NCBI RefSeq assembly: GCF_009914755.1
Contig: NC_060945.1
Length of the DNA: 64,000 nucleotides
Reading direction: 5' to 3' (one strand)
Source: the human T2T-CHM13v2.0 reference genome, Homo sapiens
Shown here: positions 39,809 through 51,319 of the stretch, piece by piece
Layout: the number at the start of each line of letters is the position of its first letter
How positions within the stretch are numbered: position 1 is the stretch's first letter
The notes under the pieces: model-generated
Told to the model about the DNA's origin: nothing
Database searches by the model: none
The model's input: only the letters and a program-made list of their open reading frames with translations
Translations under genes and position numbers: made by a program

Positions 39809-40223
39809 CTTTTACTCACATAAAGGAAAAGAGAGGACTGGTTTCTTGTTCAACTACTATGGCAGTATTAGTTTGATGGAGTAATGTCGCTTGTAGAAGC
39901 TGTGTAGAAAAATATGTAGCACAATAAACATGCTACAAGGCTTGTTAATGTATGTGTGGAAAATGTTCATTCAGACTGTTTCTGGATGAACTGGTTGTTC
40001 TGCTGCAGAGCCTCATCCTTCCTCAGTCACAGCACATTTGGTGATGGCCTGGAAGGCTTCTTTAAACATTTTCCACACATACATTAACAAGCCTTGTAGC
40101 ATGTTTATTGTGCTACGTATTTTTCTACACAGCTTCTACAAGTGACATTACTCCATCCAACCTCTACTGCCACAGTAGTTGAACAGGTAACCAGTCCTCT
40201 CTTTTCCCTTATGTGAGTGAAAG
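39809..40223. repeat. Long inverted repeat: 159-bp arms (39809-39967 and 40065-40223), 97-bp spacer
   Basis: Manual alignment gives 148/159 identity with no gaps; the innermost ~53 bp are perfectly complementary. Confidence 0.97.
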
Positions 40224-41099
40224 TATTATTTCTCAAAGGCAAAGTCTTGCTATATATACAAACAATACATAATAAAATGATAATATTTTAGCATTTTAGT
40301 TGTCTGCATCTGTATTTACATGTACAATGACACCACAGTTTCGTTTTTTATTTCTCCCAGGAAAAATACGAGGTTATTTTATAATTTTTCTGTTAAAAAA
40401 GATTCCATTTTGAAAGTATTTCCAAAATAAGGGAATCTGTCCTGAAGATAAACTGTTGAGATTGAAAATCCGAATGACTAACAACTTTAAAAAAAAATTC
40501 TGCTAAAAAAGTAACATGTCATATCACAACCTCTACCTACATGCCCATCGTATCCATATATCTGTCTGTCTTCCCTCTGGCTTCAGTGACACATGTCACA
40601 CGTGTCTCTCAGGGAAGGAGGTGGTGGCTGTGGAGATGGGGGCAGCATTCTTTCTTGTTTTTGCTGTCTAGCCTGACTTCTCTTGTGGACACATTATGGC
40701 TATGCATTGCCACTGGCTGGGCTTCTGCCTACTGCATCAAGGAGGAGCCTCTACTGGTTATAACTGCAAGGACAATCAGAGAGGTGCTACGTTGGAATTC
40801 CACGGGTATACAGTCATAAATTGCAATTTAAATAAAAGCGTTTCAGTGCCTACAAGACCCAGGCTCCAAATTGAGGGCTTTGGGGTGATGGGGATCTTCT
40901 TCTGCTTGTTTCTTTTTTACTTAAACCACATTGGAAGGTAAGAATTTTCAGGAGGAAAAACATTGTCTTACTTCCGTGTTGCCCACCTGCTCTGTATTTT
41001 AGCTGAACTTCCTAACCATGGTGTGTGGAAGGTACCATCCGTGATTTGGGGCTGGACTTGGTTTTCTGATGCCCTTTATAGGTCTAGAGATTTCAGTGT

Positions 41100-41587
41100 G
41101 ACCCAGATGTCAGGGCAAGGATGGGGAAGTACTTTGTCTGGAATAACTTCATGAGTGGCTGCAGAAAACAGCCTACAAAGGAGTGCTCCAAACCATCCAA
41201 AGATCGGGCCGTTTGAGATTCCAAAGAAGCACAAAACACCTGGTTGACCAGACCAAAGCATTTATTACACAGTCTGCAGCAATCCTCTAGAAGACAGCGA
41301 GAGAAATGCACGTTCTACCTAAATACAGCTCTAGTGAGGGAGGTCCAGTTATGGCATATTCAGGAAGGTTTAAGAAATTTGGCTCAGGGCCAAGGCCAGT
41401 TTCTTTCAGTGCTTTGGGCAAAAACCTAGATAACTTTATCAGTGCCTGGGAATGTTTGAGATCTCGGTTTTGTTTGAAGCTTACTGGGAAAAATCTAAAG
41501 TTGGCTGGGTCACAGAGCTGTCAAAGCATTCTGTGATTTTGCATCAGGAGAAAGAAAAAAGACAGGGGAAACTGGGAGACCCTGCCA
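41100..41587 (-). mobile_element. ERVL LTR (MER54/MER73-like)
   Basis: CCAAAGCATTTATT, GGCTGGGTCACAGAGC, CTGTGATTTT, terminal GGGGAAACTGGGAGACCCT. Confidence 0.6.
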
Positions 41588-41744
41588 AGAAACTAGACAC
41601 ACGTGTTCGCATTGCTTGCAGGCAGTCTTCTAGATTGGAATGAATCTTTTTTGATATTAGCTAAAAAGCCGGTAATCATTCACTTTCAATTATAGTAAAG
41701 AAAGTTGACTGAGGTAATACTGCAATGGTTCCAAGTTAAGCCGA

Positions 41745-41910
41745 ACATATTATAACATCTTGTGCAGTTGACTTGGTGCTTGATCCTTAGTTTCTTCATC
41801 TGTAAAAGGGATAGGATAATAACAGTATAAGTCTCAATGGGCTCTTGCAAAAATGGAAAACAAAGCAAAACATATCGATAGTATAAAAAATACGAACAGG
41901 TCTGGCATAC
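41745..41910 (+). mobile_element. MIR fragment
   Basis: CCTTAGTTTCTTCATCTGTAAAAGGGATAGGATAATAACAGTA core. Confidence 0.75.
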
Positions 41911-41970
41911 ATTAAATTTATATATTCTTTTTCTTCCTCTACCCTACTTTTTCATTATTATCATTACAAT

Positions 41971-42880
41971 TATAAACAAAATAAAACCCTAAGTCTTGCA
42001 ACCGAATAAGCAGACCCCATCTTGGCCAAAGGGATCCCAAAGAAACCTTAAAAATTAATTCCTAGTCATGATGGGATGGAAGGTCAGATAGGCCTCACCC
42101 ACATTATACCCACTCCCTTTTCCAGACATTGACCGGCATTTGTGTTAAAATAGAGATCGTTAGACTGACAGAATGGACTCTTTGTGTCAATAAGATGCCA
42201 AATTATAAATAAGACCTAAGACCATGCCAGGCAAGGGTAAAGTCACACACCCTTACACTTAAAGAATAAACTATGTACTAACTGCCATAGGTTTTTGTTT
42301 TGTTTTGTTTCTCTGGTAGCTAGGCAAGCACTGGCCTAAGACAAGCAATATTAAAACAATTTGCAGCCCAGCCACCACCAGACATAGACCCGCAGCCTGT
42401 GTTCTGCAAGCCATAACTGCAGCTTTGATTGGACAAGAGACTGGTATCAGTCACTTTCTCGTGATAAGACCACTAACTATGGACTGATTCCAGCCAGTTT
42501 ACAGAGGGTGCACACTTGAGCCCCTTTGTATCCTGAAAAGACCTTTTATATGGATAGGGGCTAATTGTATACCTTTAAATGATAAGTCTTGGGTGAACAT
42601 GGGTGTTATGTAACCTGCATGTTTATTCAGTACACATGTGTTAGGACCACCTTCATGAATATTCATAGCTGCTCCTATAATCTGTTGAATATATATGTTT
42701 AGCCAGCCCATTTCGCATAAAGCTACCTCCCCAATGCCTCCTCCTTCAAAGTGTCTGCTGACAGCTAAAGGCCACACTTCCCAACCTGTCAGGAGGGCCA
42801 CCTTGTAGGTGGTAAACCTTTATATAAAATAAAATCTTCTTTCCAAATTTATAAATTGTCTGAATTTTTTTAAGTTAGCA
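41971..42880 (+). mobile_element. MER4 (D/E-like) ERV1 solo LTR, ~910 bp
   Basis: TATAAACAAAATAAAACCCTAAG...AGACTGACAGAATGGACTCTTTGTGTCAATAAGATGCCAAATTATAAA...CATGAATATTCATAGCT...AAATAAAATC...TAAGTTAGCA. Confidence 0.88.
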
Positions 42881-43139
42881 CATGTGTGAGTACTATAATT
42901 ATCAATGGCTTGAGCACTTAGATGAGTGAGGCCACTCAAACTGAATTCAGAATTCAAACTACTTCACTATTCTAATCTCATAGCAGTTATATAATTCCAG
43001 ATTAAACAGAGGAAAAGCGTTAATACCATCTATATTTTAGTATTTTTGATGTACTAGTCCACTGTGTATCAGTCTTTTTAAATTAATTCACTCCAGTCTT
43101 CCCAGCCTTCTCTAAAGAAAAGACAAAGTGGACAAATGG

Positions 43140-43400
43140 TAAGATTGAGGCTTAGCAGGGGGTCAGTAGCGGGTGCTTGTGCTGGTTCAGATCATACTCC
43201 TGGATTTGAACCCAGCTCTACTACTTATTTTCTATGTAAATTTGGGCAAGTAACTAAAAATCTATATGGCTCGATCATCTTTTATAAGTCAGAGAATAAT
43301 AGCCCATACCTTAATGAGTTACAGGAAAATTTAACAAGGTAATCATTAATCACTGAACCTAGAGGCTGGCACATGAATTTAGTTTAACAAATGGCTGTTA
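43140..43400 (+). mobile_element. MIR
   Basis: GGATTTGAACCCAGCTCTACTACTTA...TTGGGCAAGTAACT...GCTGGCACATG. Confidence 0.75.
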
Positions 43401-44446
43401 TTCTTTCATTAGGAATATTATTAGTGATTAAAATTTTGAATAAATCAGGGCTTTAAGCTTATGCTGCCACTTAACAATCCTTTTAAAATTTCTCGTAATT
43501 TCTCTAGTCTCTGTTAGCCATGAGGTTTGCCCCAGATTTTCACCCAGGGACAGGGGAAGATGACCACTCCCATCCCTTCCAGCCAGAATAAGTTTTAAAG
43601 GAATGATGAGAGGCCAAGATAAAATTGTGTGTGAAAAACATCTTGTTAATCAACTAACCTAGAAATTATTTATATGAACCTTAATATGCGTGTGTGTGTG
43701 CATGAATATAATGTAAAAACTGTACATATCTTAATTTTTTCTACATAAGTTGAAACATTAAAGCAATGAATTACTTTCAGGGTTAAATTACAAGTATATC
43801 CCAGATTCATCTTATATATATAGTTGTTTAATCACATTACAAGTTATTCTAAATAATTTATTGAGTTTTTAAAGATTCAACTAGTTAGAACGTGCAAATC
43901 AGCCAGGTTACTTTCCGGAAGACATTATGAAATCACTAATATATGGATGTGCCAATTGTTCATACTTTGAGATTTAACATTCAATACCATTTTCTAGAGG
44001 CTTTAGATGTGGTTGAAAATAAAATATAAATTCAGAAGGAAAATAACTGTTTGAGTGGATACCTTCCTTCTTAGAAAGATTGTGTCCAGTGGTGCTACTT
44101 TTTTATGGGAAAGGTGCTTTATATCATCCTTGCCCTCCAAATAGAGAGAGAGAAAGAGCAAATATTTTTAGTAAATCAATAGCTTCCAAACTTCCAGCAC
44201 ATCAACTGAGTCCTAAGTAGTATTCGATTTTATACAAGTATTCAAAGAAAGGTTTATTATAAAAGTATAACTATTTATAATTCTATATGTTCTACTAAAA
44301 ATGCAACCTTCATATTCCTACTTCTCAGAGGTGTACTAAAAATGTAAAAACTAATTGTGTTGTGATCAGTTACATAAATGTAATATTGCAATGGAAAAGC
44401 ACCAGTATATCATTATATTTGAAATATGACAAAATATTTAAGAGGT

Positions 44447-44792
44447 TATATTTGTTTGCCAGGGCTGCCGTAACAAAATAACTAGGTGGATTAAAAAATG
44501 GAATTTTTTTTTTTATTGTTCTGGAGGCTAGCAGTCCGAGATCAAGGTGTCAGCAGGGCTGGTTTCTTCTAAAGCTCTCTCCTTGACTTATAGATGGCTG
44601 TCTTCATGTTCATGCTATACACATATGTGTCTGTGTCCTAAATTCCTCATATTAAAACAGGGCCCACCTAATGACCTCATTTTAAGTTAATTATCTATTT
44701 AAAAGATGTATCTCCAAGTACATATTCTGAGGTGCCGGGTGTTAGAACTTCAATATATGAAACTTCAGAGGAACACAGTTCAGCCCATAACA
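44447..44792 (-). mobile_element. MLT1B-like LTR
   Basis: CCAGGGCTGCCGTAACAAAAT...TCCGAGATCAAGGTGTCAGCAGGGCTGGTTTCTTCT...CACAGTTCAGCCCATAACA. Confidence 0.88.
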
Positions 44793-44829
44793 GAGTCAAG
44801 AGAAGTTACGCCTTATGAGGAAATGTGTA

Positions 44830-45178
44830 CTATCTGGAGTATGCAATTGCCTTTTCCAGCTTCTAGAGGCAGCTTGCATTCCTTGGCTTCTGGTCCCTTC
44901 CATCTTAGTGCCAGCAGCAGCAGTGTTCTCCCTGACATAGCATCACTCTGACACTGACTTGTTTGCCTCTGTCCTCCAGATTTAAGGACCCTTGTGGTTA
45001 CACTTAGCCTCCCTGCATAATTTAGAATAATTTTCCTAGTTTAACATCAGCTGATTAGCAGCCTTAATTCCATCTGCTACCTTAATTCCCCTTTATCATG
45101 TAATATAACCTAGTCACAGGTGTCTGGGAATAGAACATAGACATCTTTGGGAGAAGAGAAATTACTCTGACTATCACA
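44830..45178 (-). mobile_element. MLT1C-like LTR (partial)
   Basis: CCAGCTTCTAGAGGC...CATTCCTTGGCTT...CAGCTGATTAGCAGCCTTAATTCCATCTGC...GACTATCACA. Confidence 0.85.
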
Positions 45179-45429
45179 CTTACTAACTGAAATAATAAAA
45201 ATCAGTCTTCTGTATTGAGATTTAGAGCCATCCAGGACCCCAGTCTCTGACAAATATTTTTGCTTTGGGGCTTGGAATAAGAATATTAATGACACAAGCT
45301 TCATAAAAATCTATTCTTAAAAGAAGATTATCTTAAAGGTTACTCCATCAAAATGATGAATCAAATCGTATAACTAATTTCAAACTGATATATAGCTTCC
45401 ATTTGAATTCCCATCAAAAGTAGGCACTT

Positions 45430-47420
45430 AAGTAACCCTTGATCAGGCAGTTTATGTGGTAGATATTGCTAGGAAGTACAAGCAAGGCACATGGGATTGT
45501 GATACGTGAAAAAAGGAAAGTAATAACAGGTTCATTAACTAATAGCAATATTAAAAGCAACTAGGGCTCACTCATGCTGTGAGCCTTTTGCAAACTATGT
45601 AACCCACATCGGAATGTTTTCTTAAGAAGCCAGGGAAGCTGCCTGTTTTCTTCTGACTCTTGTCTTTTATTGTTTGACTATTGACCCTAGGAGACTGAAC
45701 AAAATCACAATTCCAGGTTGCACCTGAGTATGGCAAAGTGTGGTTTTGTCATGCTTGAGAAAGGCCTCAGTCAGAGGAGCAGAGAGATATACAGGTAATT
45801 AATGTAGGAAGCTGTTGGCATGCAGGAAACTGTGTGCAAAAGTTGCAAGTGAATCCAGAAGTGTTCTCGGCAGATATGCGTGAGCAACTCTACGACTCAC
45901 TTCTTGTTCATTTTAATCTGTACATGTCCTATACCAATCACACTCTGTTACTTCAGAGTAATTGCCACAATTTCTATGAAAGCCGTAAAATGAAAGCTTA
46001 GTGAAACCAGCTACAGTCTGTGTTGTTCTGGCTGATTCTGATGCCATAATAAATGTACATCATTCTCCCTCTCTACCTCCCATTCTATATTCCCAGATCC
46101 TTGACTAGCAGTTCTGAACACCTTGCCTGTACCCAAGCCCTGCTTATAATGCTGGGACTGCAATTGCTCTTTGCTGCTATCATCAGGCATGGACACACTA
46201 TGAAGCACTGAAGTGAGGGTCTCATATTCAGATCTACTGCTTCTTGCCCCTCAGTAGGTTGTGACAACTTTAGCCCTATGTAATAATTACTGCTGAGAAC
46301 CTAGTAGCTCCTTTATTTGGCTTGATATTTTTGATATACATGAGGGCCAAAATTGCTAGATGGCAGTCATGGTTTTAGGATAAGAAATATTCTGATTTTA
46401 TGGATGGTCATAGAGTCTTTTATCTACAATCCACCCCACACAGGGACCATGACATTTAACCCTTCAGAGACTAAAATTGCAAGGTTAGGTGGCCTAAACT
46501 TCTCCAAAGGGTCAAGAATGATAATGAATACTGTTAATGCTACCTTCACCCTTTCTTTCATTTTGCGTTTTAGCTACTGGGGACATGTGATGTATACTCC
46601 ATTCCAGAGGACAGATTGGCAGCCCTACAAAGTGCCATCTCCAGGCTGACATCCTAGCTAAAAAGTCATTCCACATTCTATCAATTAGGCCACTAACTTT
46701 TGGGTGATATGTAAAGATATAGATATAGATATAGATATAGATATAGATATATTGGTTATAATGGTTTCACTTTTTATGCATCCAGTGTCAAAATTATTAG
46801 CTACAAAAGGATCCTTTGGTCCAAAGGGAAGTTTTGCAGAATTCCAGCCACTCAGAAAGCCCTGGCAGAGGCATCGTGGGCAGAAGAGGCAAAACCACAT
46901 GCAATATACGTATGAATCACAAAAAGATGAGTTATTGCCTTCTCCAGGATGAAAGGGGTTTTAAGTAATTAACTAGACATCAAGTGGATGGTCTCTTCAA
47001 AGAATGGTACCATATTGAGAGTTGGGGCAGTCTCCAATACTGGACAGGTCAGATATTCAGCAGTGGGAATAATTTTATCAGTCTCGATGTAAGAAGAAGC
47101 ACATGAGGGGATGCAATGCTAGTACAGTCATTCATAACCTCCAAACCAGCCACCAAGGGTTCACTGTAGGAGGATAGGGTGGCTGAGGACAAATGCTGGC
47201 TGGTGTACTTTTAATGCACCATTATTTCCATTTGGTTTTTGGTGGCTCTGTGCAGTAGTTACTCTTTGGTGGGTGGTGATAGGATACACCAAGATCCGAG
47301 TGCTTTTGGTGCCTTCCCCTGGTCCATTCTCATTCCACTTTCACAGACATTATTGTTTTCAAACTTGCTCCTCTCAGGTACTTGGTTATTCAGCCATGTC
47401 ATGGCCAGTACCCATTCATA
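45430..47420 (-). mobile_element. Ancient ERVL proviral remnant: LTR16-like LTR plus internal pol/integrase pieces
   Basis: Minus-strand reading near 46940-47070 gives TAEYLTC..., YGTILEE... and LVNYLKPLSSWRRQ, resembling the ERVL integrase stretch AECPTCQ..YGTIP..WQVDYIGPLPSWKGQ. LTR-like sequence at 45430-45880. Confidence 0.6.
46715..46750. repeat. (AGATAT)6 microsatellite
   Basis: Direct count. Confidence 0.95.
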
Positions 47421-47799
47421 ACTCAGAAAAACAACTAGAAATTGATAGGTTGGGTCTAGGAAGATTCACGTGTATTTATGTTCTTTAGTTAGTAGAGAAC
47501 AATGAGTAATTTTCTTTTTTGAATGTAGATAATAACTTGGAAACATCTACTTTTCCCCATTGGCTATTAAAGAGATATTTATTAGAATAGTTGAAGCCCA
47601 AAGCCTCACACTAGAAAACTACTAAGGTAAAATACATGAATTTACATAATATGTACTCTACAAATAATATTAACTCTAATTATTTTAAGAAAAAGTATAT
47701 GAGAAAAGGATTGGGAAGCCCTGTTACACAAATATGAAATATGCATAACCTAAGCACAAAACATTGATTCCCATTAAATTAAAACAACTATCTAAACAT

Positions 47800-48080
47800 A
47801 TATGTAATTTCCATTTAGATAAAATGTACAGAACAGGCAAAACCATAAAGGCAGAAAGTAGACTAGTGGTTGCCTAGGAATGGGGCTGCATGGAGTGGTG
47901 TGAGAAGTGGGGAGTGTAACAGGGAATCATTGCTAATGAATGCATGCAAGGTTTATTTTGGGAAACAGTTCATGTTAATGCTCATACAACTTTGTAAATA
48001 TAGTAAGAACCATTGCATTTTATGCTTTAAGTGGAGGGATTTTATACATGTAAATTATATCCCAAAAAGGCTGTTAAAAA
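47800..48080 (+). mobile_element. L1MB7/8-like 3' end
   Basis: AGAACAGGCAAAACCATAAAGGCAGAAAGTAGACTAGTGGTTGCCTAGG...AAATTATATCCC. Confidence 0.8.
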
Positions 48081-49719
48081 TGAAAGTAGAGTAACCAAAT
48101 ATGTGTCCCATAATATGAAAGGCTCAATTATTAAATACCTCCCTTTTACAACGGAGGTGGGAAGGGGATAGAGCATGACATATTGGGATATACCTGGTTT
48201 TCTTTGCTCCTGCTTATAATACTGAGAGGGCATTAGGGCCAGACCTGATATTTGATGGAAAGGCTAAGCATGTTCCATTAGGATGTTAACATAGGTTGTT
48301 AATTTTAGGAGATTAAGTGTTACACTTCTTGCTTTGTTAGATAAATTGAACCACAGCAAATTTTACAAACATAATTTGTCCATATTTTCATAATAAACTC
48401 TATGTAAACATCAGTTTTCTTGTTCCTTTAAAAACAAAATAATTCATATCAAACTGTCTTGAATAAGAAAGGCAAACCAGTCACAAGTCCACAATATTAA
48501 AGCAAAAGTAAAGTGATGAATTTTCTGCTTAATTTTCAAGTTCAGGATCTTCAAAAGTTAGTTTCTAAAGGGTACAGCAATGCTGTTTGTGTCAAATAAC
48601 TAGCTCATCAGCTGAATAGTCCACACCAACTTTCCAACAAAACACACATCACCTATACTCAATTTGTGGCATCCAGTGTGAAATGATGTTAAATCTTTGC
48701 AGAAAGTTTTCTCTGATCTTTGTCAAAATCCAGATATGTTTATTCTCTTAATTAAAGTATCTAATTATATCCAAAAATATCAGACTTCATCATCTGATGG
48801 TAAATCCTTGTCATGAAATATCTTATTCTTTTCTTCATTATACATGGTTTCTTTTCTTTGTTTTATTTTGTTTTGCATATGCTTCTATGTCCAGTCAATA
48901 TTAGTTTCTCTATTTTGTAATCCTTTCTAGTTTAGGACCATTGTCATGGCTGACAGCTTTGAGCTTAATGCATTTCAGTCTTCGCTTCTGCAACTGTTCC
49001 CGGAAAAGTCAGAGAACATCCAAGTATTGCCAAATCCTTTGTTCACTCTAAATTTATTTTTCACAGACATAATGTCACTGAAATCTGAGTTAAATAAATC
49101 AGCTTTCATGAATTACACTTTTATTAATCAATTACTCCAACCTGGCAATTGTTGCAGCAGAAACTTCAACAAGAAGAGCAACTCCCAGAATATTAAAAAT
49201 GATATTTTTTGAGTCATTTTGGGCCCTTGATCAATACTACTTGGTCTGTAATTTTTCATTGAAAGGTAGATATTTTATATTATTTATAGTTTATGCCAAG
49301 TGACTTAACATATTTGTTATGCGTTGACTATTTTTCAGTGTCAGAAATAATTTCAAGAAAGAAGGATAAATTTTAGTAAAAAGTATGTATGTGCAAATAT
49401 GTCACATAAAAGACATAAGAAAAATACTACTTAGATGTAGAGGTAGATGTGTTAAATTCTAATAATTTTGGAGAAATCCAAGAACACTTTATAAAAGATA
49501 CAGAATCGTATTATTTCTTCAATGTAAGCAGCATTCCAGCTGTAAGAACAATAATGAGCAAAAACATACAGGCAAAAATACTCAGAGAATGATGAATACA
49601 GCCAATAGCAAAACCATATCCTTCCTTTGTACTTGTAATCTGATTTCAGATTAAAAATATGTATGTTGAGCTCAGTTTGTAGAGTTGTTTAACCTCAGTT
49701 TGTAGGAATCCTCATGCAA

Positions 49720-49976
49720 GACTGCTCAAAACATAAAATCTTTGATTGAGAACACTCCTTCAGTCTGGCTGTCTTTTTCAGAGCCACGCTGCAATCTGAG
49801 GCTCTTCCTATTCAATCTTCCTCCTTTCTTTCTCTCCTTTCCAAGGTGACTGAAGGCTCACCACATCTGTTCCTGTTTCTTAACTCTTTCATCCTTCACA
49901 CGTATTTACTGTAATAAACCTGGTACATGTCTAATTCAATCTTCATGATTGCTTCGAAGGGTGACCAAACTGACAT
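49720..49976 (+). mobile_element. ERVL LTR (LTR41/LTR16-like) 3' part
   Basis: TCTGAGGCTCTTCCTATTCAATC...ATCCTTCACA...AATAAACC...GTCTAATTC...AAACTGACA. Confidence 0.6.
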
Positions 49977-50391
49977 AGCACGCCCCTAGTCTTCCTTTCC
50001 AATTTCCCTTAACACTGACCTTTTCCCAGTCGTCCCAGGCAACTGAATGCCTCTTTGTCTTGTTAACTGCTATTTCTTCTGCCTGAGATTCCATTTTTAC
50101 ATTCTGGTAGTTTTAGTCAAAGTATATTCATCTTGATTGTGATTTTTGTGATAACATAATTCAACAAGACATTCTCTCACCTTTTTACCAAAATATGTAA
50201 ACCTCAGAGAGTTATCTATAAAAGTCTGTATTCCTTAATGGTACAAATTTAGAAATGGAAACTGTAAGTTATATCACTTTGGGCTTGAACATTTTTATAT
50301 GAATCAGTATACATGACCTTTTGGGGATGAAGACTGTTATTAGTAATAACTAGCGTGTGAAAGGCATGGACTTAAAATATATTTATGTAAG

Positions 50392-50484
50392 TTCTTCCTC
50401 CCTCCCTCCCTCTCTTTTTTCCTTCCTTCCTCCCTCCCTCCCTCCTTCCTTTCCTTTCTCCCTCCCTCCCTCCCCTCCTTCCTT
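50392..50484. repeat. Polypyrimidine (CCTC/CCTT)n tract
   Basis: About 90 bp of pure C/T. Confidence 0.95.
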
Positions 50485-50934
50485 GCTTTCTCAGTGGTAT
50501 GGGAGAAAGAATAGAGAGTAGGAAGACCAGGAAAGACAAAGCCATGATGCCTAAGGGAGAGACTGGCCTGAGTAGGTTATTATTAGAGAGACCTATGCAC
50601 AAACAAGGTATACCAATAATATGCACATCAGCAGGGTATTGATGAAGAAATCAAAAAGATAGAAGGAAAAATAATTATAAGAGATATTCATTATACTTTC
50701 TTATTTTCTAGAGATCTAACACTAACCTTAGAAACTTGATTTGGTCATGGCTGCCCATTCAACAAAAGGAATATTATTTCTACATAATACAACCTTCCTG
50801 AGCATATACTTTCAAAAGGCCTGAAGCATTCCTTCAGGCATTCTGGAAAGGGGTTTCTGAGGAAAGTGAAAGGAAAGACAAGGTTGCAATGTTAATATCT
50901 AGACTTTTTGAAGACATAGTATGGTAACTTCGGG

Positions 50935-50956
50935 GTGTGTGTGTGTGTGTGTGTGT
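50935..50956. repeat. (GT)11 microsatellite
   Basis: Direct count. Confidence 0.95.
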
Positions 50957-51000
50957 AGTTTCTTTTCTACCAGAAACTCATTATAGAAGGCATATTGCAG

Positions 51001-51319
<319 letters not shown>

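Noticed and set aside
46685-46952. ORFs with DIDIDID / ISISIS repeats
   Set aside because: Translation of the (AGATAT)6 microsatellite.
48330-49240. Possible CR1/L3 RT (YLDFDK on the minus strand) or hAT remnant
   Set aside because: Only a short motif resemblance with no colinear supporting motifs; needs a profile search.
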